Positions 53,390 through 63,761 of a stretch of 64,000 bases of DNA are shown piece after piece; position 1 is the first letter of the stretch, and the number at the start of each line of letters is the position of its first letter. The notes beneath the pieces were generated by a model. It saw nothing but the letters and a program-made list of their open reading frames with translations, made no database searches and had not been told where the DNA came from. This DNA is from a bacterium. Its GTDB lineage: Bacteria; UBA8248. The translations under genes were made by a program, and so were the position numbers. Where the stretch lies: the NCBI GenBank assembly GCA_965204535.1, contig CBDBEV010000001.1:1312001-1376000 (forward strand), read 5' to 3'.

Positions 53390-54756
53390 GCCGGAACCTC
53401 GCGGTCGGCGGGAAAAGCGCGCGTTCCGCCGACCTCGTTCGCCGGGCGGCGCACGCCGCTCTGCTTTCTTTCGAAAAGACACCCCTCGCGGCCGACCTGC
53501 TGGTCGAGCGGTTCACGTCGGCGGATTTCGACGCGCGCGACCGCGCCTTCTTGCGCGAGTTGGTCTACGGCGTCCTGCGGTGGCGGGGGCGTCTCGATTT
53601 CGTTTTTGGCCATTTCCTCGAAAAACCGAAACTTGCCCCTCCCGTGCGCGAAGCCTTGCGGCTGGGGACTTATCAGCTCTTGTTCATGGACCGCGTGCCC
53701 GCGCACAGCGCGGTGGACGGCGCGGTTTCCCTGCTGAATCGCCCGAACCTGGGCTGGGCGAGAGGGCTGGTGAACGCGGTGTTGCGCAAGGTGGCGGCGC
53801 ATGAGGTCGCACCGCCCGAAAATCCGGAAGACTACCTCACGATCTGGGAGTCCCACCCGCGCTGGCTGGTGAGGCGCTGGATGCGCACGCTCGGCGAAGA
53901 GGAGGCGCGAAGAAGATGCCGGGCGGACAACGAGGAGGCCCCGGTCGTCTTTCGCGTAAATCCGCTGGCGTCGAACGCCCGGAGTCTGATGGCCGAATTA
54001 AGAAGCGAAGGCGTCGCGACGCGGCCCGGATGCGTAGATCCGGATTGTCTGGTATTTCTGCCGGATGAGGGTGCGCCGGGCGTGCGCTTCAGCGATTCGG
54101 CGGCCTGGCGGGAGGGCAGGTTCGTCGTCATGGATGAGAGTTCGAGCCTGGTGTCGCGTTTCGCAGGCGCCGCCCCCGGAGAGCGGGTTCTCGATGCCTG
54201 CGCGGCCCCCGGCGGGAAAACGGCTTGCCTCGCCTGGGCGGCAGGAGAGAACGGGCGCGTCGTGGCCGGGGATGAGGCGTCTCGCCGCCTCGCTCTTCTC
54301 GAGCGCAATTGTGTTAGGATTCGGGCGGATGTGCGGCTCTTGCGGATGGACGCGGCGAGGCCGCCTTTTCACCAAAAATTCGACCTCGTTCTCGTGGATG
54401 CGCCGTGCAGCGGACTGGGGGTTTTCAGGCGTCATCCCGATGCGAGGTGGCGGCTTGAGGAAGAAGACCTGGTCGCGCAGGCTGGGCGGCAGCGGGCGAT
54501 TTTACGGGGTGCTGCCCGCGCGGTGCGCCCCGGCGGCAGGCTGGTGTATTCGGTTTGTACGAACGAGCCGGAGGAAACGGAAGAGGTGGCGGCTTCGTTT
54601 CGAGAGCCCGGCTTCGTCCCCATATGCGGTGGAGGCGCTCTCCCCGAAGGCGCGAAAAGGTATCTGAAGGCGGACGGGAGCTTGAGGATAACGCCGGGAG
54701 ACGGACTTGACGGTTTTTTCGCCGTGAGTTGGCGCAAAGAGGGCGGGAATTGCTGA
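53386..54756 (+). CDS. rsmB: 16S rRNA m5C967 methyltransferase
   Basis: NusB-like N-terminus, SHPRWL, LDACAAPGGKT, DAPCSGLG, YSVCT. Confidence 0.95.
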   Translation: MSRNLAVGGKSARSADLVRRAAHAALLSFEKTPLAADLLVERFTSADFDARDRAFLRELVYGVLRWRGRLDFVFGHFLEKPKLAPPVREALRLGTYQLLFMDRVPAHSAVDGAVSLLNRPNLGWARGLVNAVLRKVAAHEVAPPENPEDYLTIWESHPRWLVRRWMRTLGEEEARRRCRADNEEAPVVFRVNPLASNARSLMAELRSEGVATRPGCVDPDCLVFLPDEGAPGVRFSDSAAWREGRFVVMDESSSLVSRFAGAAPGERVLDACAAPGGKTACLAWAAGENGRVVAGDEASRRLALLERNCVRIRADVRLLRMDAARPPFHQKFDLVLVDAPCSGLGVFRRHPDARWRLEEEDLVAQAGRQRAILRGAARAVRPGGRLVYSVCTNEPEETEEVAASFREPGFVPICGGGALPEGAKRYLKADGSLRITPGDGLDGFFAVSWRKEGGNC

Positions 54757-55688
54757 AAGGGATACTGAAGGGCATTTTCTGGTTCGTGTTCCTGGTCGCC
54801 TTGGGCGGCGCCGGCGGCGCTGCGGGCCTCTACGTCTTCCGGGGGGGAGAGGGTGTCTTCCTGCCCCGGGTCACGGGCCTCGACGTGGTTCGCGCGCTGG
54901 AACTGCTGGGCGAGAAGGGGATTCCCATGCAGGTCACCGGGCGCGCCTTCAGCGATTCGGTGTCCATGAACCACGTCGTGCGCCAGAACCCACCCGGTGG
55001 GCGACGCATCCGAAAGGGAAGAATCGTATCGCTGATTCTCAGCAAGGGCCGGCGGGACGTGACGGTGCCGGCGGTGGTGGGGGAGAACCTGGTTCGCGCG
55101 GAGACTCTCATCCGCCTGGAAGGCCTTCGCGTCCGGCTGGTGGAGCGGTTGTACGATCCCGGGAAACCCATCGATCAGGTTCTGGGCGTCTGGCCGAACG
55201 AGGGTGAAAACATCCGGCGCGGCGAGGGCGTGGTGCTCGTCGTGAGCCAAGGTCCCCGTGAGCGCGCCTACGTCATGCCTGCCCTGATCGGGGAGCCCGT
55301 CAACAACGCCCTCGACAAGGTCCGCGCGCTCGGCCTGAACGTCGGGCGCGTGCGCTACGTGGACCGCCCGGGATCGCTCAGGGGTTCCATCGTCTCGCAG
55401 ATTCCGCCGCACGGGCGGCGCGTTCTGGCGGGCCACCGGGTGCACGTGGACGTGGCGCGCGGGGCGGACCAAATGGCGGGGAATTTCATCGTCCTGCGCT
55501 ACCGCGTGCCGCACGGGAAACCCAGGCGCGCGCTTCGCGTGGAACTCGAATCGAACGGCGAGAAGCGCGAGGCGCTCTCGCGCGAGGTAAGCGCGGGCGA
55601 GGAGATTCACCTGCTCGTGCGGGTGAAGGGCGCGGCGCGAGCGCGCATATTCCTGGACGGCCGTCTGGTCGAAGAACAAACGCATTAG
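54750..55688 (+). CDS. PASTA-domain membrane protein
   Basis: N-terminal TM helix then three repeats (LPRVTG..QNPPGG, VPAVVG..VWPNEG, MPALIG..QIPPHG). Confidence 0.88.
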   Translation: MLKGILKGIFWFVFLVALGGAGGAAGLYVFRGGEGVFLPRVTGLDVVRALELLGEKGIPMQVTGRAFSDSVSMNHVVRQNPPGGRRIRKGRIVSLILSKGRRDVTVPAVVGENLVRAETLIRLEGLRVRLVERLYDPGKPIDQVLGVWPNEGENIRRGEGVVLVVSQGPRERAYVMPALIGEPVNNALDKVRALGLNVGRVRYVDRPGSLRGSIVSQIPPHGRRVLAGHRVHVDVARGADQMAGNFIVLRYRVPHGKPRRALRVELESNGEKREALSREVSAGEEIHLLVRVKGAARARIFLDGRLVEEQTH

Positions 55689-55701
55689 GGAAGGAATCGA
55701 C

Positions 55702-56379
55702 ATGGCGAAGCCCGATATGGCGCCCGGCGAAATCCGGGTCGCGCCCTCTCTGCTCTCGTGCGCTTTCGAGCGGATGGGCGAGGAGATAGCGGCGGTGCGC
55801 GAAGCCGGGGCCGACTGGCTGCATTTCGACGTGATGGACGGCCGTTTCGTGCCGAACATCTCCGTGGGGCCGCTGGGCGTCGAGGCGGCCAGAAGAGCCG
55901 CGCCAGACATGGTGCTCGACGTGCATTTGATGATCGCGGATCCGGATCGCTACATCGAAGCCTTCGCGGATGCGGGCGCGGACATCCTGACGGTTCACGT
56001 GGAGGCGCCGAGGCACGTCCACCGCACCCTGCAGCGCATTCGCGCGCGCGGCCTGGGCGTCGGGCTGACGCTGAACCCCGGAACGCCGCTTTCGGCGGTG
56101 GAGGGTCTGCTCCCGGAGGTGGACATGGTCCTCGTCATGAGCGTCAACCCGGGTTTCGGCGGCCAGAAATTCATCCCGGCTTCGCTGGAGCGGATTCGCC
56201 GCCTGAGAGGGATGATCGAGGCGGGAGGCCTGTCGGTGCTGATAGAGGTCGACGGCGGCGTGACGCCGGAGAATGCGGCGGAAATACGCGCGGCGGGCGC
56301 GGAAGTGCTGGTGGCCGGCTCCGCCGTATTCGGGGCGGAAGACTACGCCGAGGCCATACGCGGCATCCGGGGCGGGTGA
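55702..56379 (+). CDS. rpe: Ribulose-phosphate 3-epimerase
   Basis: APSLLS, HFDVMDGRFVPN, DVHLMI, MSVNPGFGGQ, EVDGG. Confidence 0.98.
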   Translation: MAKPDMAPGEIRVAPSLLSCAFERMGEEIAAVREAGADWLHFDVMDGRFVPNISVGPLGVEAARRAAPDMVLDVHLMIADPDRYIEAFADAGADILTVHVEAPRHVHRTLQRIRARGLGVGLTLNPGTPLSAVEGLLPEVDMVLVMSVNPGFGGQKFIPASLERIRRLRGMIEAGGLSVLIEVDGGVTPENAAEIRAAGAEVLVAGSAVFGAEDYAEAIRGIRGG

Positions 56380-56429
56380 AAAGGCCTGATGAATGAGAGT
56401 CTCACGCGATTAGGGAGGGGACGGTTTTT

Positions 56430-56497
56430 GTAGGGGCCGCATATATGCGGCCCGTGTCGTGGGTAAAAAACTAGGGTCGCATATATGCGACCCCTAC
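56430..56497. repeat. GTAG-type REP doublet (inverted copy of 23-92)
   Basis: GTAGGGGCCGCATATATGCGGCCC ... GGGTCGCATATATGCGACCCCTAC. Confidence 0.85.
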
Positions 56498-56597
56498 ACA
56501 TAAACAAATTTTCCCTCTCCGGCTTTTCAACAACCCCTTCAAAGGGGAGTGAGAAAAACCCGAGCGGGAGAGAGTGGCCACCCCCATCCACACGCGG

Positions 56598-56627
56598 TTG
56601 ACACTCGCCGCATAAAATCCTTATAAG
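56598..56627 (+). promoter_or_regulatory. sigma70 promoter for the ffh operon
   Basis: TTGACA-N18-TATAAG. Confidence 0.55.
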
Positions 56628-56699
56628 TTGGGTTTCCGCACCCGGCCTGGCGGGTGGAAAATCGAAAACATATTGAATATCAACCAGTTGGGGTGTTCG

Positions 56700-58034
56700 A
56701 TGTTCGACGGCTTGAAAGAGCGCCTGGGCGGGGTCTTCAAGGACCTGAGAAGCCGGGGCGTTTTGGGAGAAAAAGAGGTCGATTCCGCGCTTCGCGAGAT
56801 TCGCCTGGCGCTTCTCGAAGCCGACGTGAACTTCCGGGTCGCGAAGGATCTGGTGGCGAAAATCCGCGAGGATCTCCTCGGCGCCGAGCGCGTCGCGCAC
56901 CTGGACCCCTCCCAGCAGGTCATCAAGGCGGTCCAGGGGCGTCTCACCGAACTCATGGGGGCGAAGAGCGCGCCGCTCGAGCGCGCCGCGAGCGGCGTCA
57001 CCACGGTGATGCTCGTCGGTCTCCAGGGTTCGGGGAAAACGACGACGGCCGGCAAGATCGCCCTCAGGCTTAAAAGTAAGGGAATGCGCGTACTGCTCGT
57101 CCCTGCGGACGTCGCGCGCCCTGCTGCCATCGCCCAGCTCAAGCGGCTGGCCGAGCAGACGGGCGCCGACGCGTTCGATTCGGAAGGTATGCCGGACCCC
57201 GTGGAGATCGTCCGGCGCGCCACGGAACGCGCCCGGCTCGAGCATTTCGATTACTGCATCGTGGACAGCGCGGGCCGGCTGCACGTCGATGACGCCTTGA
57301 TGGACGAGTTGAAGCGGATGAAAGAGGCGGCGCGGCCCGATGAGGTGCTCCTGGTCGCGGACGCCATGACGGGCCAGGAAGCGGTGAATCTGGGAGAAGC
57401 CTTCTCCGAGCAAATCGGCATCACGGGCGTCGTGCTGACGAAGCTCGACGGCGACGCCAGGGGCGGCGGCGCGCTCTCGCTTCGCTCGGTGACGGGCGTG
57501 CCCGTCAAGATGGCCGGGGTGGGCGAAAAGCTCGACGCGCTCGAGGATTTTCATCCCGAGAGAATGGCCTCGCGTATTCTGGGGATGGGGGACGTCATGT
57601 CCCTCATCGAGAAGGCCGAAGCCGCCATCTCCCCCGATGACGCGCAATCCATGGTGGAATCCCTCGGCAAGGGGAATTTCACCCTCGTGAGCATGAAAGA
57701 GCAGATCCTCCAGATGCGGAAGATGGGCTCGATGGGTGATGTCCTGTCCATGATACCGGGGCTGGGAAACAGGATGTCCGACGTGGATATCGACGAGAAA
57801 GAACTCACGCGCACGGTGGCCATCATCGATTCGATGACGCCCGCCGAGCGGGTGAAGCCCGAGATCATCAAGGGCAGCCGCAGAAAGCGCATCGCCGCCG
57901 GGAGCGGAACCCGGGTGCAGGACGTGAACCGGCTGCTCAAGCAATTCGCGCAGACACAGAAGCTGATGAAACAATTTTCCAGGGGCGGCAAGAAAAAACA
58001 GATGCAGAGAATGCGTCAAATGCTTAATTTCTAG
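56700..58034 (+). CDS. ffh: Signal recognition particle protein
   Basis: [49 protein letters not shown]. Confidence 0.98.
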   Translation: MFDGLKERLGGVFKDLRSRGVLGEKEVDSALREIRLALLEADVNFRVAKDLVAKIREDLLGAERVAHLDPSQQVIKAVQGRLTELMGAKSAPLERAASGVTTVMLVGLQGSGKTTTAGKIALRLKSKGMRVLLVPADVARPAAIAQLKRLAEQTGADAFDSEGMPDPVEIVRRATERARLEHFDYCIVDSAGRLHVDDALMDELKRMKEAARPDEVLLVADAMTGQEAVNLGEAFSEQIGITGVVLTKLDGDARGGGALSLRSVTGVPVKMAGVGEKLDALEDFHPERMASRILGMGDVMSLIEKAEAAISPDDAQSMVESLGKGNFTLVSMKEQILQMRKMGSMGDVLSMIPGLGNRMSDVDIDEKELTRTVAIIDSMTPAERVKPEIIKGSRRKRIAAGSGTRVQDVNRLLKQFAQTQKLMKQFSRGGKKKQMQRMRQMLNF

Positions 58035-58045
58035 GGAGAGAGACT

Positions 58046-58291
58046 TTGGCCGTAAAAATCAGACTTGCCCGCGGGGGTATGAAAAAAGCGCCGCGCTACC
58101 GCGTCGTCGTCCAGGACGAGCGCATGCCGCGCGATGGCCGTTTCATCGAGAGCATCGGCCGCTACGACCCGTCGGAAGACCCCGCATTCGTTCATATCGA
58201 TCTCGAGAAGGCGAAGGCCTGGATGGAAAAGGGCGCCATCCCGACGCGGACGGTCAGGAACCTTCTCGACAGGGCGGGCATCGACGATTAG
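58046..58291 (+). CDS. rpsP: 30S ribosomal protein S16
   Basis: [27 protein letters not shown]. Confidence 0.97.
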   Translation: MAVKIRLARGGMKKAPRYRVVVQDERMPRDGRFIESIGRYDPSEDPAFVHIDLEKAKAWMEKGAIPTRTVRNLLDRAGIDD

Positions 58292-58300
58292 GAAGGCTCC

Positions 58301-58807
58301 GTGAGCGGCAGGGTGGCCGTGGGCGTCGCGCTCAGGCCGCACGGCATCAAGGGCGCCGTTCGGGTGGAGCCCTGGCTCGACGACGCAGGCGTCTACGGGC
58401 GAATCGAAGAAGTGTTCTCCCGAGACGAACCTGCGCGGAGGTTCGAGGTGGCGTCCTGGCACCAGGGCGGCAAGGGAGCCATCGTCTGGAAACTCACGGG
58501 AATCGACACCCCCGAAGACGCCGAGGCGTTGCGGGGGACGATTTTTTTGGCGGACAGGAAATTCCTCGACGGCCCCGATGAGGGCGTTCTCTATTTCGAG
58601 GATTTCGAGGGCTGCGAGATCATCGACGAGGCGGGAAGCCCTCTCGGGCGCGTGGTGGACATGTTCGGTGCCGGCGGCAACGACGTCATCGTCATCCGTA
58701 CGCCGGGTGGCGAGGAGTTGCTCGCGCCCGCGACGCGCGAAGTCGTGTTGCGGCGCGATGGGGATCGCTGGGTTTTCCGACTGCCGAAATTCGACCACGA
58801 GGATTGA
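58301..58807 (+). CDS. rimM: Ribosome maturation factor RimM
   Basis: PHGIKG, AEALRG, GGNDV, position between rpsP and trmD. Confidence 0.92.
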   Translation: MSGRVAVGVALRPHGIKGAVRVEPWLDDAGVYGRIEEVFSRDEPARRFEVASWHQGGKGAIVWKLTGIDTPEDAEALRGTIFLADRKFLDGPDEGVLYFEDFEGCEIIDEAGSPLGRVVDMFGAGGNDVIVIRTPGGEELLAPATREVVLRRDGDRWVFRLPKFDHED

Positions 58808-58816
58808 GGAGGCGTG

Positions 58817-59545
58817 ATGCGCATCGACGTTCTTTCCGTGCTGCCCCGCATGGTGGAAGAGGCGTTCCGGGAGGGCGTCGTGGGACGCGCGGTCGAGGGG
58901 GGCCTTCTGGAGTTCAAGGTCTGGAACCTGCGCGATTTCGCCGAGGGGAAATATCAACAGGTCGACGATGCTCCCTTCGGCGGGGGGGCGGGCATGGTGA
59001 TGAAGCCCGAACCCATCGTGAAGGGCGTCCGGGCGGTTCGCGAAGACGCCGATGCCGAGCCGCTCAAGGTGCTGCTCACCCCGCAGGGGCGGCTGTTCGA
59101 TCAGGAAACGGCCGTGAGGTTCTCGGAAGCCCCCCGGCTGCTCCTCATCTGCGGGCGATACGAGGGCGTGGACGAGCGGGTGAGCGAGTTGTGCGTGGAT
59201 GAGGAGATATCGGTCGGCGATTACGTGCTCTCGGGCGGAGAGATACCGGCCATGGCTGTTATCGACGCGGTCGGCAGGCTCATCCCCGGCGTCCTGGGCA
59301 ACGATGCTTCCGCCGCGCAGGACAGCTTCACCGACGGCCTTCTCGATCATCCCCACTATACGCGGCCGGCGGAGTTCGAGGGGGTTCGCGCGCCGGACGT
59401 GCTCCTCTCCGGCGATCACGAGGCGGTTCGTCTCTGGAGGAGGCGGCAGGCGCTCGAGAGAACGCGGGAGAGGCGCAAGGACCTCTTCGAGCGGGCCGAA
59501 TTGAGCGATGAGGATTTGCGCCTGCTCGAATCTTCCCGGCCCTGA
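58817..59545 (+). CDS. trmD: tRNA m1G37 methyltransferase
   Basis: VDDAPFGGGAGMVM, CGRYEGVDER, SVGDYVLSGGE, HYTRP. Confidence 0.98.
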   Translation: MRIDVLSVLPRMVEEAFREGVVGRAVEGGLLEFKVWNLRDFAEGKYQQVDDAPFGGGAGMVMKPEPIVKGVRAVREDADAEPLKVLLTPQGRLFDQETAVRFSEAPRLLLICGRYEGVDERVSELCVDEEISVGDYVLSGGEIPAMAVIDAVGRLIPGVLGNDASAAQDSFTDGLLDHPHYTRPAEFEGVRAPDVLLSGDHEAVRLWRRRQALERTRERRKDLFERAELSDEDLRLLESSRP

Positions 59546-59560
59546 AGGGAGCACGGGATA

Positions 59561-60133
59561 GTGGGGGAGGTCTATCTCGCGCTGATTCACCATCCGGTGC
59601 TCAATCGTGCGGGCGGCGTGGTGACTTCTTCCGTTACCAGCCTCGATTTGCACGATCTCGCCCGCGTGGGCCGCACCTATGGCGTCTCGGGCGTATTTGT
59701 GGTACATCCTTCGGCTCCGCAGCGGGCGTTCGTCGAGCGGGTGATCGGGCATTTCACGCAAGGACCGGGCCGCGCGCTGCACCCCCAAAGGGGAGAAACA
59801 CTCGAATTCCTCGAAGTTCTGCCGTCCCTGGACGCGCTCATCGAGGATGTGGAACGCAAGGAATCGAAAAGGCCGCGCCTCGCCGCCACGACGGCGAGGC
59901 GGACGCCCGGCGCCGTGGGGTATGGAGCGTTCCGCGAGGCAGTGAGGGAGACGGACGCCCCGTACGTCATCCTGTTCGGCACGAGCTGGGGCCTTGTGGA
60001 TGAGGTTCTGGAGATGTCCGACGTGGTTTTGCTGCCCGTGGAGGCGCAGGCCGATACGGGATTCAACCATCTCTCGGTTCGCGGTGCTGCGGCGATAGTG
60101 ATGGATCGCATTTTCGGAAAAAGAGATGTATAG
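59561..60133 (+). CDS. SPOUT-type RNA methyltransferase (trmD-associated family)
   Basis: YLALIHHPV, DLHDLAR, ATTAR, LFGTSWGL, FNHLSVR. Confidence 0.88.
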   Translation: MGEVYLALIHHPVLNRAGGVVTSSVTSLDLHDLARVGRTYGVSGVFVVHPSAPQRAFVERVIGHFTQGPGRALHPQRGETLEFLEVLPSLDALIEDVERKESKRPRLAATTARRTPGAVGYGAFREAVRETDAPYVILFGTSWGLVDEVLEMSDVVLLPVEAQADTGFNHLSVRGAAAIVMDRIFGKRDV

Positions 60134-60163
60134 TGCCGTTTTTTCAGGACAAGGAGCAGGCAG

Positions 60164-60511
60164 GTGAACATTATCGACAAAATCGAGCGCGAGGGCATGC
60201 GCAAGGACGTTCCCGATTTCGAGCCGGGAGATACGGTGCGCGTTCACGTGAAAATCGTCGAGGGCGACAAGGAGCGCATCCAGGTCTTCGAGGGCACCGT
60301 CATCGGCAGGCAGGGCGGCGGGCTTCGTGAGCGGTTCCGCGTTCGAAAGCTCTCCTACGGCGTCGGGGTGGAGCGCATCTTCCCGGTGCATTCCCCGCGA
60401 GTCGACAGGATAGAAGTGACCCGGAAAGGCCGCGTGCGCCGCGCGAAGCTCTACTACCTGAGAGACCGCAAGGGCAAGGCCGCCCAGGTGAAAGAGCGTC
60501 GCTGGAGGTAG
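60164..60511 (+). CDS. rplS: 50S ribosomal protein L19
   Basis: [37 protein letters not shown]. Confidence 0.98.
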   Translation: MNIIDKIEREGMRKDVPDFEPGDTVRVHVKIVEGDKERIQVFEGTVIGRQGGGLRERFRVRKLSYGVGVERIFPVHSPRVDRIEVTRKGRVRRAKLYYLRDRKGKAAQVKERRWR

Positions 60512-60669
60512 ATAGAAGCGGAACTTTCCGGTTTCGCGCCTCGATACTTTTTCTGGTCTATCTTTTTTGGTTCCGCTATACTTTCTTTTTGGCATACACC
60601 AATCCACGGATCAGCCTCATCGAAAATCAGGCTGTCCCCCATGCGTATGATACAAAGAAGGAGGGAGAA

Positions 60670-61509
60670 ATGGGACGAATTCCGGCGATTCTCCTAACGA
60701 CGATTCTTCTTTTCGGGTGTGGCGGCGACGACAACGGCGGCTCTCACCCTCCCATGAACGGGCCGAATCAAGACAAACTTACCTATTTGGACGATGACGC
60801 TTTGCTACTCTTGAGCGACATCAGTTATTCCGTCTCGGCCTTGGGAGGAAGAGCAAGATTCATAGCGAACAGCGACTGCGACATGGATGGTTGTACCGTA
60901 AGCAATGACCGCTTGGGTGTTTCGGAGCGATTCACCATCGAAGAGTTTGTGTCTGAGGGAGAGTCGATTGAAGAAGGTCTGGCGTTGGTTGGCGCAGGAA
61001 GCAGAAACGGCATCGACCTTTACAGAGTCTCCCAGCGCATTCCCTATCAAGATCAGGAAATCGACGTAAAGGGGTTCGGCGGGTGGATGAGGCACAGTGT
61101 TTTCGCCGCATGGGAGGGAGCCGTCACGTCTCAAGGCGTTTCCGTAGAATCTGGATTTGGGTTGTCGATAGGCAACAGGGCGGGCGGTTTTCCGGCCGTC
61201 TCGGCCGCCTATAACGGCGTCATGCTGGGAATCGACATCAGACCGGCGCAACACGGGAATCAGGTGCGCGGGGACGCGAGAATCGATTTCACGCTTTCAC
61301 AACCTGGCGATCCCAGGGTGAGCGTATCGTTCACCAACATCACCGGGGCTTCGACCGACGAGATGAATTGGCCGGATCTCCTTGTGAGCCGGGATGGAAC
61401 TGTTTTCCGCGAAGAGATCAACGTCTCTTTCTACGGGCCGAATCACGAAGAAGTGGGTGGAACGTTCAACGCTTACGAGGTAGTCGGCGCTTTCGGCGCG
61501 AGCAGGTAG
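60670..61509 (+). CDS. Lipoprotein with C-terminal TbpB-like beta-barrel
   Basis: RBS GGAGGGAG, lipobox LFGC, C-terminus FYGPNHEEVGGTFNAYEVVGAFGASR; lower GC. Confidence 0.75.
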   Translation: MGRIPAILLTTILLFGCGGDDNGGSHPPMNGPNQDKLTYLDDDALLLLSDISYSVSALGGRARFIANSDCDMDGCTVSNDRLGVSERFTIEEFVSEGESIEEGLALVGAGSRNGIDLYRVSQRIPYQDQEIDVKGFGGWMRHSVFAAWEGAVTSQGVSVESGFGLSIGNRAGGFPAVSAAYNGVMLGIDIRPAQHGNQVRGDARIDFTLSQPGDPRVSVSFTNITGASTDEMNWPDLLVSRDGTVFREEINVSFYGPNHEEVGGTFNAYEVVGAFGASR

Positions 61510-61529
61510 ATCGTTCTTCCGATCCAGAC

Positions 61530-61558
61530 GACCCGGGGGTTCGCCCCGGGTCTTTTTT
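61530..61558 (+). terminator. Intrinsic terminator
   Basis: GACCCGGGG-GTTCG-CCCCGGGTC then T6. Confidence 0.8.
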
Positions 61559-61577
61559 GTCGCCGGTTTCTCTCGCC

Positions 61578-62567
61578 TCAACCCTCCAGGAAATTCTGCA
61601 CCTCGCTGAACAGCGCCTCGCGGCACCATTCGTACTGGGCGAAATGCGTGGCGTCTCCCAGCGTGACCGAGCGCTTCCCCCGGCTGTTCACGAGCGCGCG
61701 GTAGACGGCGGCGAAGACGGGGTCGGTCGAGCTTCTGTCGTGATCGCCCCGGATGGTGAGGACGGGGCAGGTGATTCTGCCCGCGTCATAGAGCGGTTTG
61801 TTGCGCGCGCGGTCGTAGCTGTCCGCCATCGCGCCGTTGGGCACGCGGACGGCGGGGACTCTTCGCTTCGCACCCTCGGTGTCGAATTTCTGCTGTTCGC
61901 TCCAGAATCGCTTTATCGCCGTCTCCGTCCGCCACTTCGCGTGTTGCCCCCTGGGGATGCTCCCGTCCCAGCGCTCGCGCTGGTAGCTTTCCGTCACCCA
62001 GCGCCAAGCGCCCTTTCTAGGGTCCCAGCGTCCGGGGCGCGCGGGGTCTTCCCAGAGCGCCGCCGCCTGTGGGTTGTCGTATGCGTAAAAGGGCGCGTAG
62101 AGCGCGAGGCGGCGGACCCTCGCCTGTTTCCCGGCGGTGAAGGCGGCCGTGGTGGTCGTGCCCCACGACCAGCCGAGGAGGTTCAGCTTCCCGACTCCGT
62201 TTTGCCCGCAGATGAACCTCACGGCGGCGTCGATGTCGCGCACGGCGGTGATTCCCCGCACGGCGGGGGGCTGGCCGGCCGGGCTTCTCCGCATCTCCGG
62301 CGGCCGCGTGGAGGGCCCGTAGCCCCGGATGCACAGCGCGTAGACATGAAAGCCGCGCGCGGCGGCGAAGTCCATCCACGAGTAGCCGGGCAGCGGCAGG
62401 TCGAAGGCGACGGGGGCGGGCGTGCTTTGCCCGTGCACCATGAGGAGCGTATTGGCTGCTTCGCTCTTCTTCATGCCGCGCGGTTTTTTCTCCCTTAAGT
62501 GCAGCTTGACGCCGTCGTCGTGCGAGTCGATGAGGTGGTCTTTTCGGAACAGCTTGGGCTTGGCCAA
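61578..62567 (-). CDS. Alpha/beta hydrolase
   Basis: LMVHG, RGYGPS, nucleophile elbow GWSWG, IRGDHD, ATHF; TTG start after GGAG is approximate. Confidence 0.85.
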   Translation of the reverse strand: MAKPKLFRKDHLIDSHDDGVKLHLREKKPRGMKKSEAANTLLMVHGQSTPAPVAFDLPLPGYSWMDFAAARGFHVYALCIRGYGPSTRPPEMRRSPAGQPPAVRGITAVRDIDAAVRFICGQNGVGKLNLLGWSWGTTTTAAFTAGKQARVRRLALYAPFYAYDNPQAAALWEDPARPGRWDPRKGAWRWVTESYQRERWDGSIPRGQHAKWRTETAIKRFWSEQQKFDTEGAKRRVPAVRVPNGAMADSYDRARNKPLYDAGRITCPVLTIRGDHDRSSTDPVFAAVYRALVNSRGKRSVTLGDATHFAQYEWCREALFSEVQNFLEG

Positions 62568-62717
62568 CGTAGGTTCTCCAGTCAGGATATTCAGGTTCAA
62601 GGATGTCCGCATATTCTCAGATTTTGAGGCTTTGCCCAAGAGGGGCGGCGGGTTTGCCTTGAGAACTCTTGGGAGCGGCGATATATTGGAGAAATCCACC
62701 GCCCTTATTGGTCTTTC

Positions 62718-63320
62718 ATGTATTCCGTAGAACGCGAACTCGCGCGAGAAGGCGCCTCGCCCGTCGCTGGCGTGGACGAGGCCGGACGCGGCCCCCTGGC
62801 GGGGCCGGTGGTGGCCGCCGCCGTGGTGCTGGATCCGGAGAATCCGGTCGCCGGCCTTGCCGACAGCAAGAAACTCTCCCCGCGCCAAAGGGAGGTGCTG
62901 CTCACAGAAATTCTGGCGAAAGCGCGCGCCGTCGCCCTGGCGGCGGCGGGGCCGCGCGAGATCGAGAGAATCAACATCCTGCAAGCCTCCCTTCGCGCCA
63001 TGGCGACCGCCGCGGAAGGGCTTGGGCTCGCGCCCGCCCACGTTCTCGTCGACGGGAACAGGAAGATTCCCACCGCACTTCCGCAGACGCCCCTCGTAAA
63101 GGGCGATTCGCGCTGCGCCTGCATCGCCGCGGCGAGCGTGGTCGCCAAGGTCTACCGCGACCGGGTGATGGCCCGGATGGACGGGCGTTTTCCGGGCTAT
63201 GGTTTCGGCAGGCACAAGGGGTATCCCACGCGGGATCATCTGGCCGCTCTCGCGCGGCATGGCCCCTGCCGGATTCATCGGCGCACGTTCCGGGGCGTGC
63301 CTGCCGTAGCAGGAGCATGA
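62718..63320 (+). CDS. rnhB: Ribonuclease HII
   Basis: GVDEAGRGPLAGPV, DSKKL, LVDG, KGD, AASVVAKVYRD, HKGYPT. Confidence 0.97.
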   Translation: MYSVERELAREGASPVAGVDEAGRGPLAGPVVAAAVVLDPENPVAGLADSKKLSPRQREVLLTEILAKARAVALAAAGPREIERINILQASLRAMATAAEGLGLAPAHVLVDGNRKIPTALPQTPLVKGDSRCACIAAASVVAKVYRDRVMARMDGRFPGYGFGRHKGYPTRDHLAALARHGPCRIHRRTFRGVPAVAGA

Positions 63321-63327
63321 GGACGCC

Positions 63328-63687
63328 ATGAGCCGTGAGAGCGGGAAAATCGGAGAGGACGCCGCCGTGAGATTCCTGCGCCGCCAAGGCTATGAGATCA
63401 TCGAGCGAAACTACCGGGGTACCCGCTACGAGGTGGACATCATCGCGCGCGAAGGCGGGGTGTTGTCGTTCATCGAGGTGAAGACCCGCGCGCCGGGGAA
63501 GTCCTTGAGCGGGGCGGAGTCCGTGGGTCGCGAGAAACAGCGCAGAATCGCGCAGGCCGCGCAGCACTACCTCATGACGCATCCGGAGGAGCGCTCATCC
63601 GTCTGCCGATTCGACGTGGTGCTGCTCGAAGCGGATGCGGGGAGAAAGCCCAGGGCGAAGGAATTGATTCGGAATGCGTTTCAGTAG
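63328..63687 (+). CDS. yraN: YraN family (UPF0102) putative nuclease
   Basis: GEDAA, RNYR, EVDIIA, FIEVKTR, RFDVV, IRNAF. Confidence 0.93.
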   Translation: MSRESGKIGEDAAVRFLRRQGYEIIERNYRGTRYEVDIIAREGGVLSFIEVKTRAPGKSLSGAESVGREKQRRIAQAAQHYLMTHPEERSSVCRFDVVLLEADAGRKPRAKELIRNAFQ

Positions 63688-63761
63688 CGCCTCTTTGCGG
63701 CCTGCTCCTTCGGGGCCGTTGGGAAAGCCTCCGCCGGGGGTAAAGGAGATGCCCTCCCGTA

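Noticed and set aside
56632-56660. SRP (4.5S) RNA upstream of ffh
   Set aside because: Only a short hairpin lacking the conserved SRP helix 8 motif; treated as a leader hairpin.
47727-58301. Absence of rseP after dxr and of khpA between rpsP and rimM
   Set aside because: Common lineage-level gene-order variation; cannot be judged from one window.
58031-60607. Long antisense ORFs (858 aa here; also 27193-29208, 16964-18925, 21250-22992, 19010-20698, 40225-41904, 56343-58019)
   Set aside because: Shadow frames of well-supported genes in GC-rich DNA, with no recognisable motifs.
62568-63329. 583-aa extended alpha/beta hydrolase
   Set aside because: The extension is the antisense of rnhB; the hydrolase domain starts near 62567.
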